64,000 bases of DNA from Eledone cirrhosa (GCA_964016885.1 OZ024741.1:343790001-343854000), one strand, 5' to 3'; positions 1 to 13,360 are shown, counted from the first letter of the stretch. The notes: a model not told the origin generated them from the letters alone. Translations and numbers: made by a program.

Positions 1-1298
1 TTCAAAGTATTCATTTTGTCTCTCAACGTTCTTTTTTGACTTTTATACTTTCGTGGTTGATAAATACTGTATCAGTCCAGTACTGGGGTCGATTCTTCCT
101 CTATATCTTTTTCTCTCTTTCGCTCTGTTTGTCTGTCTGTCTCTTTCTCTGACTCTCTCTTTTCTCTCTTACTCCCCCACCATCTCTCTCTCTCCTTCGG
201 CTGTGTTTCCACTCGTAAAGGGGTGAGCACTGCCATGTTTAAATACCTATGAATGCCACATATTCCTAGGGTTCTCCGTTCCCCGTCGACACAAACATGA
301 ATTAAGGGCTCATGAATACATACAGATAAAGGTTCGTATTCTGAGCTGCAATTGATTGTGTTCACATACTTTCTGAATTTAAATCGCATCGTCAGTAAAG
401 TTCATCGATATAAGAAAAAAAAATGTAAGCTAGGTTTTTCCCTGCGTGTTGAAGTAAGATTATAACTTGTCTTTTGGAAATTGATATTGGTGTTTTCAAA
501 TGTATGCAGTAAAACAATATGGTTCAAATTGAAACAAATCTAAACTCTAATAAAGTAAGGAGTGTGGGACTGCGTCCAGAATATATTTTTTTTATCCTGT
601 TTGTAAAATAAGTACTTTGAATAAATAATTAATGAATATTTCATAATTTATCTACTAAATTTCGTTATTCTTGATTAAATATAAATAATTTTGTTGCTGA
701 TTTTAAGATTCACTTCTTTAACATTTTCAAATGTCAAAACTTCCGGTTAGCGATCGCTTGAATAAACATTCATATATTTCCGTCACTAATTTTTCCTAAT
801 GCAGTTTATATATAATATCGTCTTTTTTTAATGTATCATGGATTACGTTACTGATTACATAAGACAGTGTAACGCAGTCTTCGTTCTATTTCTGTGTATA
901 TTGTCAATTACGATTTTATTTGATGTATTATATCTACATGCATATATATTTGCGTATAATATCAATATACACACTACACATGCTAGCAGAAAACCACCCG
1001 AAGGGTGGTTTTTCTGCCAGTACTTATAATATATATCCCTGTTTCTTTGCTAAATTCGAATAGTAGTAACTGTTCAAGTGAATAAAATCATGTCATCAAC
1101 ATTTCAAGGTCAATAGATTGCAACAAACAAATATCCAAGTGGAGTCGTAGGGGCGCTGTTGTGACATACATCGTTTTGAGGGCATTCTTTTTAAACCTGG
1201 CGGAGCTATCGCTTCTCCGTGCCTGAATATGTCTGATTTCCTCCAGTATAAAGAGAGAGGGAGTGATTAAGAGGAAGTGAGAAAGATATGTAGACGAA

Positions 1299-1475
1299 GA
1301 ATCGACCCCAGTATTGGACTGGTACTTTTTTTATCGACCTCAATAGGCCGAAAGGCAACGTAGACCTCAGCAGTATTGGAATTTAGAGCACAACCCCCTC
1401 CCCCCCCCCAAAAAAAAAACGAATACCACAAAGGTTTCTATTCGACATCCTAATGCCTCTGCCAATTCGAGGCCT
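1299..1475 (-). mobile_element. Degenerate tRNA-derived SINE
   Basis: Reverse complement of the GCCTTTCATCC..GGTCGATAAA..GTACCAGT core found in intact copies in this window. Confidence 0.55.
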
Positions 1476-1918
1476 TCTCCCTTCTACTTCCATATATATA
1501 CATGGCTTACTTCTTCTTTGGTGTCAAGTCATGTGACACTGAAAGTCGAGGTTACTACTACATTAGCCGATATCCATCGGAATGGTGTGGTGGATAGGTA
1601 ATCGAAACATTCTGTTCCAGTGAGGCTAATCTCCACTAAAAACAAGATTCTAGCAACTTGCGTAATGTTAACTAATTTCTGAGCACAGTAGTTCCATTCG
1701 AACTCCCACTAGCAGATGGAGTCTCAAAAACGAAAGCATTTGTTCGGGGACAAAACGTTTTTCTCATTAATTAATGATAAGGATGCACTCTAATTTCTTG
1801 GGTTTGTGATTATTAATACAGACTTAATTAAATTATTGAGTGAATGAAAACATGACCGAAGCTCTGTCAGTCATAATCGATAGTTTCGTTTCATTATATA
1901 TATATATATATAATATAC

Positions 1919-1976
1919 GTCCAGAAATAGACGTCGAAACGGCTTGAGCTCTGCCGTCGGGGTCATACTTTTTCCT
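1919..1976 (+). mobile_element. 5'-truncated copy of a short repeat family with an HHR-like 3' half
   Basis: GTCCAGAAATAGACGTCGAAACGGCTTGAGCTC..GTCGGGGTC matches 31894-31940 and the reverse complement of 6205-6260; in (TA)n. Confidence 0.55.
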
Positions 1977-2173
1977 ATATATATATATATATATATCTGA
2001 AGGTTTGTTGGTTCACCACTCGATAGAATTGGTCATTCCGTATGGTCAATCTTGGTGTAATATTGTGGAGAGTTCACCCGTCTTCGTTTGTGTAGTTGGT
2101 GGTGCGAATACGGAGTTAATTATAAATAAAATAACAGGAGGCTGGACTGGTGTAAATCCTTGAAAGGTTTATT

Positions 2174-2216
2174 ATACTATGATCATTTCAATGAATCCGG
2201 TGATATCATCAGGTAT
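2174..2216 (-). ncRNA. Type I hammerhead ribozyme motif, stem II partly deleted
   Basis: Minus strand: AUAC-CUGAUGA-UAUCACCGGAUUCAUU-GAAA-UGAUCA-UA-GUAU. Confidence 0.55.
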
Positions 2217-3472
2217 TGGAATATATCAAAGGAATATGTAAAAAACCATGGGTCCGAAAAATCAGAGACAGAGACAAAGAGGACGACTGACCAACTAGCC
2301 GCTTTTACCTCGGCCAGTCGCCCTCAAAGTGTTGGCAACTCAATCTACTAATGACCATCTGGTGAGGGGGCGAAGGCTTATAATGCACTAACACCTCTCC
2401 GTCAAAGAAAAAGGGGAAGAAAGAAAGAAAGGAATAAAGAAGAAGAAAAAGGAAGAAAGAACTCCGCGGAAATTTATTTTTCAAAGCACTCAAGGAAGGC
2501 TGAACATCCCGAGTGCCCAGCGCGTAGCCGGGAAAAGCCACCACATAAGTCGATTGTAGCAACCCAATGAAAATTGCAAATAGACCATAATTATTTTAAA
2601 GTCCCAGTTAGTCCGGGTTATAAGTAGTGTGGTTCTTTGGTGGGTAGGGGGCTATGTAAGGTACATAATGGCCTGAGTAGGGAAAGTTACAAAGAAATAA
2701 TAAAAACAAGATACAAAGATAAAATACAAAGATAAATATAAAATACAAAGATAAAGGATACATTAATAGAAATACATTAATAAATTAATAAAAAATTAAT
2801 AAAATAAGTAACTAGGGATATAGTAAGACGGAAGTATATAAGAACGTATCGGAGGAATCACAGTAAAGGGGAAATACAACATAGATCAAGTTGTAGTAAG
2901 ATAATACAGGTTGTACATATAGATATAGAGGATGCAAGAGATAGAATGGTAACAGGTGGTACCTAGTGTAAAGTTCGGGTCTCCGAATTCAGTGTGAGTC
3001 ACAAAAAAAGTCCTGAGGTATAGAGTAGAGAATTCAGTCAATACAATACATGTTTTAGTATAATACGTAGAGTTTTGTCGAATCTGAATATTCCCGACAA
3101 GGAAGCAGTATCGGGTGGGCGGTAGATAAAGCACAGAGCAGCCAAAATCGAATGGTAAGTAGATCAGTTAATCCCATGCTGGCAATAGTTGTACACTGAA
3201 GTCAGTGCCGCTGTTCAATATTACATTTGGCAGTGCTCAACATTATTGGAGCATTATTTCTTAAGGTTTGTTGGTTCACCACTGGATAGAATTGGTCATT
3301 CCGTATGGTCAATCTTGGTGTAATATTGTGGAGAGTACTCAACGTAGTGCAGTTCACCTGTCTTCGTTTGAGTAGTTGGTGGTGCGAATACGGAGTTAAT
3401 TAAAAATAGTTTATTGTCTGTCTCTGATTTTTCGGACCCATGGTTTTTTACATATTCCTTTGTTATATTCCA

Positions 3473-3530
3473 ATACCTGATGATATCACCGGATTCATAT
3501 GAAACCCGATCATTGAAATGATCATAGTAT
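3473..3530 (+). ncRNA. Type I hammerhead ribozyme motif
   Basis: AUAC-CUGAUGA-[31 nt, imperfect stem II]-GAAA-UGAUCA (palindromic)-UA-GUAU, followed by AATAAA. Confidence 0.65.
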
Positions 3531-4074
3531 AATAAACCTTTCAAGGATTTACACCAGTCCAGCCTCCTGTTATTTTATTTATATATATATATAGAAGTCC
3601 CTGAAAATATCAAAGTCATGGATTTTGTCCTTTCTTGCGGCTGAATGTTTTATAAAATCATTTGTTTTTCGTAACTAGCATTTCTTACATTGAATAGAGC
3701 GAACCTACCACATGACTTTCTGCATTTTGCGCAAGTAATAAAAGTTACTAAAAAAATAAACTTTCAGAAGGATAAACACTAGAAAATGTCTTGATTTGTT
3801 CAGTAATATATCAATGGAAATTTGAACTTCTTTAGCTTCAGTTATCTCTAGATGGGACACGCAAACAATGAATTAATCAACTAAACAAGAAACCAAGTAG
3901 GTCCAAATTTTGTTGGCTGTATATGTTCGGGGGATGTAGAGTTAGCGTGGTGAGAACAGTGCAGTTCGATTTCTGCCAATCAACAGTTAAATGAAATTAC
4001 TTGAGAACATAGTCGGTGAATTTCAGACAATTCACTATTCTCATAATTTAATTAATCTTCGTCTTATAGAAGAC

Positions 4075-4600
4075 TTAAACGGGATCAAGACCAGAAATTT
4101 AGGGGGAGGGGGAAGTCGATTACATCGCCCACAGTACTTTAATGGTATCATTTCCAGAGTGATGAAAGGTAAAGTTGATCTTGGCGGGATTATATAATGA
4201 TTTCTACAATATGGACAAAGCCAGCAATTTTGGCCTAGGGGTAAGTCGATTAAATCGACCCCAGTATTTTGCTGGCGCTTTATTTTATGGCGTCCGACAC
4301 CCTACCGATGCTGCCAATCCACATCCCAGGATTATATTGGGTCGTAAGTATGACATTTGTAGAAATTATTTTTTTTTCTACAAATTTCTACAAAATCCAC
4401 ACTTGACGACCCAATATAATTGTTTCTACTTTTGGCACAAGGCCAGCAATTATCCCACTGGTACTTTATCGACCTCGTTTAGATGAATGGCAAAGTTAAC
4501 CTCGGCGGGATTTGAACTCAGATCATAAAGGGCCGTAACTCTATGCTGCAAAGCATGGCGTCCGACCCTCTACTGATACTGCCCATCCACCGCCCTATCA
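4075..4600 (-). mobile_element. Cluster of three partial or complete tRNA-derived SINEs
   Basis: Reverse-complement matches to the SINE at 37844-38058; most complete copy at about 4420-4597. Confidence 0.7.
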
Positions 4601-5114
4601 CTATAATGATCTGATGTCACTATCGGCTTAAATTAGTTGAATTTTTTTAAATACCCTAATACGTATAGTGCAACCAAAAATTTAAAAGATCACGAGAAAG
4701 CGATTGAAATATTTATGTGTTATGTAAATACAAAACTGTTGATTTTCTCAGTATCTAATAATTACGTTACTTACTACTTTATCAATACATTTGAGGTTTG
4801 AATATTTTCTGAAGTCAGTTTATTTATAAACATATACGACGATAAATTAGGAGTAATATTTAGCTGAAACAATTCCACATCCTGGTTCCTTTCATGATTT
4901 GTAGAGATATAACTTCATTTATGCCAGTAAATTCTTTTTATAGCTACATCAAAGTGAAACAACCTACCTGCCTACGCTAACGGTATAAAATATTTTACTT
5001 GTTTAACAAATCAATGAATGTGTGCGACAAACATTTAATATAATCTCATAACGAAAATATACTTTATGCGTTTGTGTGAATCTGTGATGCAATGAATTAG
5101 CAGGGACATTAAAA

Positions 5115-5240
5115 TGGCGGAGAGAATGCTTCGCTTCGCGGTATTTGTTTCGGCTCTCTGCGCTCTGAATTCAGATCCCGCCGCCATCAATCTTTTAGGT
5201 CGATAAATATAGTACCAGTCTAGTAATCGGGTCGATTCTT
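5115..5240 (+). mobile_element. Degenerate SINE
   Basis: GCTTCGCGGTATT..CTGAATTCAGATCCCGCC..GGTCGATAAAT..GTACCAGT. Confidence 0.5.
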
Positions 5241-5907
5241 TTTGTGTGTGCATGTGTGTGTGTGTGTATGTGTGCATATATGTGTGCATGTGTTTGCGCG
5301 TGCGCGCGCGGGCGCGTGTGTGTGCAAATTAGGATGTAGAAAGCAATGTATTATGCCATAGCTTTTATACATATTTCCATGGTATCTGTTACGTGATTGT
5401 AAACCGTGTTGATTCTATCAAACAGCCCTTATTTGTATAAAATTTAGTGATGCATTTTGGTTATGTATGGACCAGATTGTTTTTGGTGCTGAATCTCCAC
5501 TACCCGGTCTATATATGGTATTCATTTAAACATGTTTTGTTAACATCGTTAAATGCGTGGCTTCTTTTCAACCGTTAATTGAAGTTTTTTTTGTCGTGCG
5601 TCTTATATCCGTCCCGGTCCCCACCTCCTTGCTTGATTAATGAGCATGTTGACAGGCTTGGCGAAGACGACTTCATTATTTAGCTCTGTTCAGATGGTGG
5701 GTATTATAATTGGATGGCACCAGAATGAATACTAGTCTGTTCTCATTAATCCCGATTCTCCATCATACACGAGCCTGCGTGATCCCATATCATACTTGGA
5801 AATCTACACTGATGTTGAGTGTTTAATCCTGTTTACACTAGTATTTGTTGATCGATGTTTGCGACTGCAAAACTAATCAGTGATTAATTAGCACGAAATA
5901 ACGACAA

Positions 5908-6093
<186 letters not shown>

Positions 6094-6257
6094 TGAGGAA
6101 AACTCCCTCCCCGTCCTTGCTTCCTTCTTATTCTCACTCCATTTTAAGTTACCTTAACTAGCAACTACACAGCCAATCCTATTCCCCATATATATTATAT
6201 ATATAGGAAAGTGTCAGGACCCCGACTGAGCTCCGGCCGTTTCGACAGATAGATCCG

Positions 6258-6303
<46 letters not shown>

Positions 6304-6789
6304 ATGTGTGTGTGTGTGTGTGTGTAAAAGGTAAACAGAAATAACAACGCAATCGGTATAGTATATATATATATAGCATCGACAGAAAATACACACATAG
6401 AAACAATTACATAAGACAAACAGATGACTGCATGTCTACATTTCTAGCCACCTTCTGTTGTGCAATTTCTCCAGTTTTTTCAATGTCCTGTGCATTAATT
6501 ATACAAAGACACACTTATCTAAACTCATGTAGATATAGAATACACATTTGTCTAGCCGTATAGCGAAAGTATTGATAACTGGGATACGATTGACTGAACT
6601 GAGTTCATTTTCAAAGATGAATTCTCTTTACATGTCTCTTATGTGCAATCTTAATTTTCTCCTTCATTATTGTGTTGCTAAATACCATCCATTTCTAGAT
6701 TAACCAAACTATTAATACGACTCTTCACCATTCATCTCTTGCTCGACTGTATTTGTAGCTAAGGCTAGAGACGACGGCATGTGCCAGTG

Positions 6790-6915
6790 TTTCCCGATTA
6801 ATTGCCAGTTTATTACATTCAGCTATGTCTAATTGTATTTTGATGTGACCATGAAACGATTTCGTAGACTTTAAAACTCGCTCGAGGTTTTCAACATTTT
6901 TGTCATAAACGTTTA
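6790..6915 (-). pseudogene. Degenerate R4/Dong-like RT fragment
   Basis: Translation YDKNVENLERVLKSTKSFHGHIKIQLDIAECNKLAINR resembles the segment after the catalytic DD in R4/Dong RTs (recalled pattern). Confidence 0.4.
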
Positions 6916-7039
6916 TACCACAGAACAAAATAAATGAATAAATAAACAAATAAGAAACTAAATCCCTTGTATGTATCCATGGTTTCACGCAGGACTAATA
7001 GGATTATAGAAATTAATATATATATATTTTTTTTCGAGA

Positions 7040-7140
7040 GTAGCTTTGCCTTTCATCCTTACGGGGTCGATAAAATAATGTACCAGTAATGTACTGCAGT
7101 AATTGCTGGCCTTGTGCCAAAAGTAGAAAGAATTATATTA
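7040..7140 (+). mobile_element. SINE 3' half
   Basis: GCCTTTCATCCTTACGGGGTCGATAAAATAATGTACCAGT..GGCCTTGTGCCAAAAGTAGAAA. Confidence 0.75.
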
Positions 7141-7233
7141 TTAACTTACATATTTTTACAAATGGTATCATATTTCTGAAAACTGTCCCACTTCTTTCTT
7201 TGGTTCACTATGCATGCATACATACATACATAC

Positions 7234-8013
7234 ATGGTGGCTGCCAACTCGTTTTCGAGTACGGCCACTATTTTATATCCATGTAGGAGAACCCCTACCG
7301 ATGCGCTAAACAAGTGTGACTTTTTAGTCCAGCCAGCGACTTGAAAACTCTGGTACAAACACTACACCAGTGACAATTATTGACACATAGTGCTGGGCCC
7401 ATGGCACCATGTGACGACAAGTGCAGAGAGATCTCCAGATATAAAGCAATGCCTGTGCCGTGAAGCTTTTATAGTAAGCAAAGGCACTGCACAAAGCCAG
7501 TCCCACTCTCTTAACCAAGATGATATTTACCAAAAAGAAGAACAAGACAACATCATTGGATACCATCAGGGTTGCAGGTGTTATATCAGAGTTTTCCTTC
7601 TCCTGGAATTCTGCCTTGACAATGGCTAAGGGGTCATCTCTCCCGGTGATTTTGGATGGCCATTGACTTTTAAGAGCTTCTTTGCCCTTTGACAGGTTTT
7701 GTTTTTAGGCCTGCAGGATGTCCAAAGTCACCCTCCTCACCAAGAAACCTTGGTGGGGTTGCTAGTTTAGTCGCCAACGACCCGACCATGGGACAGGTTG
7801 TACTGGAATACATGATACCAGTAACACCAACTGGTGACCTGACATAAGAAACGGCGGCCTACCGCATGCCGTCTTCTTCAACCATCCCTGACGCCGCCTG
7901 TATATATAAATATATATATATATATATGGTGGCTGCCATCTCGTTTTCGAGTACGGCCACTATTTTATATCCATGTAGGAGAACCTCTACCGATGCGCTA
8001 AACAAGTGTGACT
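7234..8013 (+). repeat. ~88 bp direct repeat (7234-7321 and 7926-8013) bracketing a degenerate, possibly RTE-like 5' fragment
   Basis: ATGGTGGCTGCCA..CGATGCGCTAAACAAGTGTGACT occurs twice; identity of the interior is tentative. Confidence 0.5.
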
Positions 8014-8076
8014 ACATACATACATACATACATGCATACATACATGCATCCATGCATACATACATACATACATACA

Positions 8077-8107
<31 letters not shown>

Positions 8108-8552
8108 TTATGCAGAACTGATGAGAAATCTGCAGATACTCCACCCTGATTACACCTTCAGATTTATGCCTGTGATTATTGGGGCACTCGGATATGTTAG
8201 TAACTGCCTCAATACAAATCTTAAGAAGCTAGGCTTCACAGGAACAGAAAGAACACAACTAGTTAGGAAATTACAAGTACAATCCATTAATGGAACAGTA
8301 AAAATATGTAAAACATTCCAAATATTTTGCATCTAATAACTGCATATACACATGTACAGATGCATGCACACATACAACTAAAACCATCCACATCCACACA
8401 TACAATAACATCCATATCTACACATGCATGCATACATACATATCTACCTAGTTGATGTTGTATAAATTCCAATGAGAAAGTCTTGTGTCTATGTTAGAAA
8501 CCGACTCTCTTCCTATTGGTAAAACTTTGTGAAATTATAAAACCAGAAGAAC
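8108..8552 (+). mobile_element. 5'-truncated R4/Dong-clade non-LTR element (end of restriction-like endonuclease plus 3' UTR)
   Basis: YAELMRNLQ..FMPVIIGALGYV..LQVQSINGTVKICKTF is typical of the R4/Dong C-terminus; (TACA)n on both sides. Confidence 0.7.
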
Positions 8553-8633
8553 ATACATACATATATGTTGATGATGGGTGCCCGTTCGTTATCGAGTATG
8601 ACCATTGCACGATATAACATTATTAATAATTAT

Positions 8634-8820
8634 TTGGATTGGCAGTATAGGTAGAGGGTCGGACGCCACGCTTTCCAGCATAGTTACGTCCCTTTACGAT
8701 CTGATTTCAAATCTCGCCGAGGTTGACTTTGCCTTTCATCCTTACGGGGTCGATAAAATAAAGTACCAGTAATGCACTGGGTAATTACTGGCCTTGTGCC
8801 TAAAGTAGAAACAATTAATT
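8634..8820 (+). mobile_element. tRNA-derived SINE with MetaSINE-like core
   Basis: A-box-like TGGCAGTATAGG, B-box-like GATTTCAAATC, core GCCTTTCATCCTTACGGGGTCGATAAAATAAAGTACC. Confidence 0.8.
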
Positions 8821-9104
8821 AATGTTATCGTGGAATGCCTGTGCGTGAAGATTGTTTTAAGTGAGGAAAGACTGTGCACTACATATATACCTACATACCT
8901 ACATACACACATATACATACATACATATACATACATACACACACACGCCTGTATGCACTGGGGTAATTGCTGGCCTTGGGCCAAAAGTAGAAACATATAT
9001 GATTATTTTTCCGTCTATTTTAGTATTTTACCCGATTTCCTAATCTATTATTTACAATGGTTGCAGTTATTTCATACACTTGAGATGTCTACGTTTCCTA
9101 GGAA

Positions 9105-9530
9105 CAGCGATGGATTGGCAGAATATGTAGAGTGTCAGACAACGTGCCTCGCGGGATAGAGTTGCTGCCCTTTACGTTCAGAGTTCAAATCCCACCGAGG
9201 TAAGCTTTGCCTTTCCTCCTTGCGGGGACTTCGCGGGATGGAATTGCGGCCCTTTATGTTCTGAATTCAAAGGCTCTGGGGTGGATTTAATCGACTTCCA
9301 CTTCCTCCAAATTACTGGCCTTGTGCCTATACTAGAAATCATTAGATTGGCAGTATCAATAGAGGGTCGGACGCAATGCTTTGCAACAAAGAGTTACGGT
9401 CCTTTATGATCTGAGTTCAAATCCCGCCGAGGTTAACTTTGCCTTTCATCCTTACAGGGTCGATAAAATAAAGTACCAGTAATACACTGGGATAATTGCT
9501 GGCCTTGTGCCAAAAGTAGAAATAATTATT
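9105..9530 (+). mobile_element. Two tandem SINE copies
   Basis: Same family; approximately 9105-9342 and 9345-9530. Confidence 0.8.
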
Positions 9531-9758
9531 ACTATTATTAATATTGCGGTTGTTGTTGCTGTTATTTGGAAATCTGAAACGTCGAAATTAACTGCAACCA
9601 TTGTCGATTACTATAAATAATAGATTAGAGAATCGAGTAAAATACCCCTACTGACGGAAAAAAGTGGATAACAGCCGCTACGGAGAGTCGAGTCTCACAC
9701 CTCCCAAATTCAATATCTACACACACATGCACACACACACAGATACACACACACACAC

Positions 9759-9796
<38 letters not shown>

Positions 9797-9906
9797 GCAT
9801 AGATTTTGAGTTTACGTTGGTTGTATACCAACACCTCAGTATGCAGGCTGGAGCACTCGACGAAGTGCGCAGGTTGGTTTGGTTACTCCGGAGTAGTGTA
9901 AAATAA

Positions 9907-10275
9907 AGTTAAATAAAAGTCAAATGATTAAAATTTAGCTTCGTTTATTACTGCTATATATATTTCAGTGACAGCCATCTTTGGCTGTGACCTCTTCAGG
10001 CAGTTTGAATTAGTATGGTATAGACAAGTACATATGTTGTTTAGGTGTATGATATTGTCAATACTCTGATATGCCCAGTTCCTTGTTGGGTTCCAACAAG
10101 GAACTGGGCATATCAGAGTATTGACAATATCATACACCTAAACAACATATGTACTTGTCTATACCATACTAATTCAAACTGCCTGAAGAGGTCACAGCCA
10201 AAGATGGCTGTCACTGAAATATATATAGCAGTAATAAACGAAGCTAAATTTTAATCATTTGACTTTTATTTAACT
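9907..10275. repeat. 369 bp palindrome with 3-nt loop, carrying an HHR in each arm
   Basis: Arms 9907-10089 and 10093-10275 are reverse complements; mirrored ORFs appear in the ORF track. Confidence 0.95.
10178..10232 (+). ncRNA. Type I hammerhead ribozyme motif (mirror copy at 9950-10004, minus)
   Basis: ACUGC-CUGAAGA-GGUCACAGCC AAAGAU GGCUGUCACU-GAAA-UAUAUA-UA-GCAGU, then AATAAA. Confidence 0.8.
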
Positions 10276-10290
10276 ATATATATGCATATG

Positions 10291-10384
<94 letters not shown>

Positions 10385-10494
10385 CATATACATATACATA
10401 TACATATGTATATAAATATATGTGTACGTTTGTGTATATATATATGTGTGTGTATGCGTGGAGAGAGAGAGAAAGGGTGAAGCACATTCAGATA

Positions 10495-11516
10495 TCTGTA
10501 TATATATAGAATTAAGTGTGTGTGTGTGTGTGTGTTTGTGTTTTACATATAGGGGCCTACATCTTACCACCGATTTTCATGAAACTTTACAGGCTCATAG
10601 AATAGTCATCGGGGGGTGTTTTCTATGTATCAGTGTATCGTTTTTTTTCTATTCCGGGGTCATTCTGCAGATAAAAATCGATAGGGGGGGGGGGTCACCA
10701 TTTGTTAGGTATCGAAAAATATGATGTTTAGCTCTAGCTCCCACATTTTGCCACCGATTTCATTGAAATTTTAAAGCAAAATAGAATTGATCATTGTACA
10801 TCCTGTAATGTCTTTATACTTTGCATTTGTTGTTCAGGGACGGCGTGGCAGCCGCTTAAATATTCAAAAATACAACTTTTAGACTTAAATTTCCACTTTT
10901 ATCGGCTCTAGCTCCCACATTAATCAACCGACTTTGTTCAAATTTTACACTACGCTAGATCTGATTATTTCACGTCTTAAATTGGCTTTACATTTTGGAT
11001 TTTTTATTCAGGAACGGCGTGGCAGGCGCTTAAATATTCGAAAATATCACCTTTTCGTTGAAATTTCCGCCTTTTTGGCTCTCGCTCCCACATTTTTCAA
11101 CCGATTTCGTTCAAATTCGAAACTTCGGCTCCACCTCACACATAAATCAATGTATTTGTTTCAACTTTTATACTACGATAGAACCTATCATTGCACATCT
11201 TATAGATGGTCAAAAGCAAAACGATGGCCACTGACGTCGTCTGAGCTTTTAGTTGTGTATTTGAGAGTTCATCAGTTTCCAATCAAGTAGCGTGAGGAAA
11301 TTTGGCTTAGTGTTAGAGGTCATTACCTCCCTCCCCCAGCATGCCCCTTCGTCAGTCACCCGCGTTTCTCAGTGATAGAGGTCATCACCATCCTCCCTCG
11401 CATGGCCTGTGTGCGGCCATAGATGAGTCATCGAGAAGCAGCCGCTAAGATCAACACCTTTTCATCAAAGCAGATATTATTTTATTTACCCAGGTAACGC
11501 TGGGTACTGCTGCTAG
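10495..11516 (+). mobile_element. Non-autonomous Helitron
   Basis: A|TC start, (GT)n near the 5' end, internal triplicated GCTCTAGCTCCCACAT..ACCGA block, 3' hairpin ACCCAGGTAACGCTGGGT then CTAG|T. Confidence 0.75.
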
Positions 11517-12138
11517 TATGATATTTATATTGACACATACATACACAAACAAACACAAAAAACAGGGAAATACAAAACTATACACTGAGAAAGAAAAACA
11601 ATAAACACACACGAGCTCAGATATACACACACGCACATTTACATAAGTACATGAGCATATACATGCACACATACGCATATACACTCTCACACATACACAT
11701 ATATACGCACACATACACTCACAACCATACATGCATAAATACGGACACAATCTTTTCATTAATTCAAAAATAATAAGTACACAATTATTGAAATAAATCT
11801 TACGCAAATAGCAAAGATAGAAGCAATTAAAAAGCACAAGATCTATACAATATCGTTTTCAATATCAAAGAAGAACAAAATAACATTAACAACAAAGCTT
11901 GTTTGGGAAGCCTGTTTGTGGTTCCAACATCTGCTAGAAATATTAGGCAGATCTTATTGATATAACACCATGTTTTTCCTTTCTGTGTCATGGAAGGTGA
12001 TTTTCTTGAAATGTGCTACTCCCGTGTCATGGATTTTTCGGGGTTGAATATATAAAAGGTTTCGCGAAGACAGGATTTTCTAGAATGTGTGTCTAAGGGC
12101 TATACCCCTACGACTCTCCCAAAAATAAGTTGGCGTAG

Positions 12139-12172
<34 letters not shown>

Positions 12173-12442
12173 TATTTCTTTATTAGCCACAGGGGCACAC
12201 AAGAAGGGGACAAATACAAAGGGGGTAGTTTACATACAATAAAAACGTGTAAAATGTTATCACAAATGGAATTTAAAAAGTTAGTCGATTTTCCCCAATA
12301 GAGGGAGACAGTTTATATGGGTAACACATACCCCCGAAAAAAAATGTGCAACCCTCATCTCCAGGAGTACGAAGAGTTTGTACTCCTTTCCTCTCCTCCT
12401 TCTTTTCCTCAACCTACAGGCTGATATAGAGAGAAGGCCCAT

Positions 12443-13360
12443 TCACTCCACTTTCACCCACCTTTCATAAAACTTGCTGGGGTACAGCATCTCTCTCTCC
12501 ATCCTGATTCTTCTTCCAAAGTAGTATTTGAAAAAAAGAATCAGTTGTTGGCCGGAGAGAAAGGTGTCTGACCTCAGCCCTTTCAACCTTGTCCACCATA
12601 CAACCTCTTTCGCCATAGCTATCACACAAAGGAAAACCGCCACTCCTTTCTTTTTGAAGGAGGGTGGCGGTTTGATCATGACAATGGACTCGGTGGTCAA
12701 CTGGATTGGTCCCACCCGCGACAATAGTCGTTCTACATAGCCCCACAGGTCAGTGACGCCCGGGCAGTGCATGAATGCGTGCGCGACGGTTTCTTCGTCT
12801 CGCACGCACCCCGGACAGATCTTTTTTGCAGGGTCCCTGCCCGGGCGCCCATGTCTGTAGAGCTTGTCTCGAACTGGTAGAGCTCCTCGGTAGCACTGCC
12901 AGGCCAGGGACTTTTGGAAGTTGTCCATCGGTCCCGGGCGGAAAGTCCTACCGAACAGACTGGCCAGTTCATCTTCCTCTACGCCTAGAGTTTCACCGAG
13001 CGCGTCGTCGCACTTGCAGCGGACCAACCCTCTATAGAATGACGAAGTAGAGTCTCCACTGATTGCCGGGTCCGCCTGCCAGAGGGCTGTGAGCGCCTGA
13101 GCACATTCGATGTGCTAGTCGCCCATTTTCCTCGGTCTTTGCTTGACCCAGGACTGCAGCTCGGTCAGCGAGACGAGTCGTGGGAAGGCTCGCCTCACGA
13201 ACGGGGCCCACACCGGTTGTCAGGTGAGGAATACGTAGAGATGCCGCAGCCTGAGCGCGTGTTTGCGCATCGTCAACCACGGCATCCCCAGCCCTCCGTT
13301 AGAAGGGTGTTGGCAGCAGATGGATCTTCTCACCAAAGGAGCCCGCCTCTTCCAAAGGAA
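12443..13360 (-). pseudogene. Frameshifted C-terminal part of Tx1 ORF2 (zf-RVT-like region)
   Basis: AWQCYRGALPVRDKL..CPGC..ETVAHAFMHC; continuity broken by stops and frameshifts. Confidence 0.8.

Larger units (their letters stand above)
2000..3583 (-). mobile_element. Non-coding PLE-type / retrozyme-like element with terminal repeats and HHRs
   Basis: 2000-2122 is repeated directly at 3263-3402; 2121-2272 is repeated inverted at 3418-3583; both copies of the inverted block carry an HHR; (TA)n on both flanks; no coding remnant recognised. Confidence 0.6.

Noticed and set aside
986-1017. Bacterial intrinsic terminator
   Set aside because: Eukaryotic context with no upstream gene
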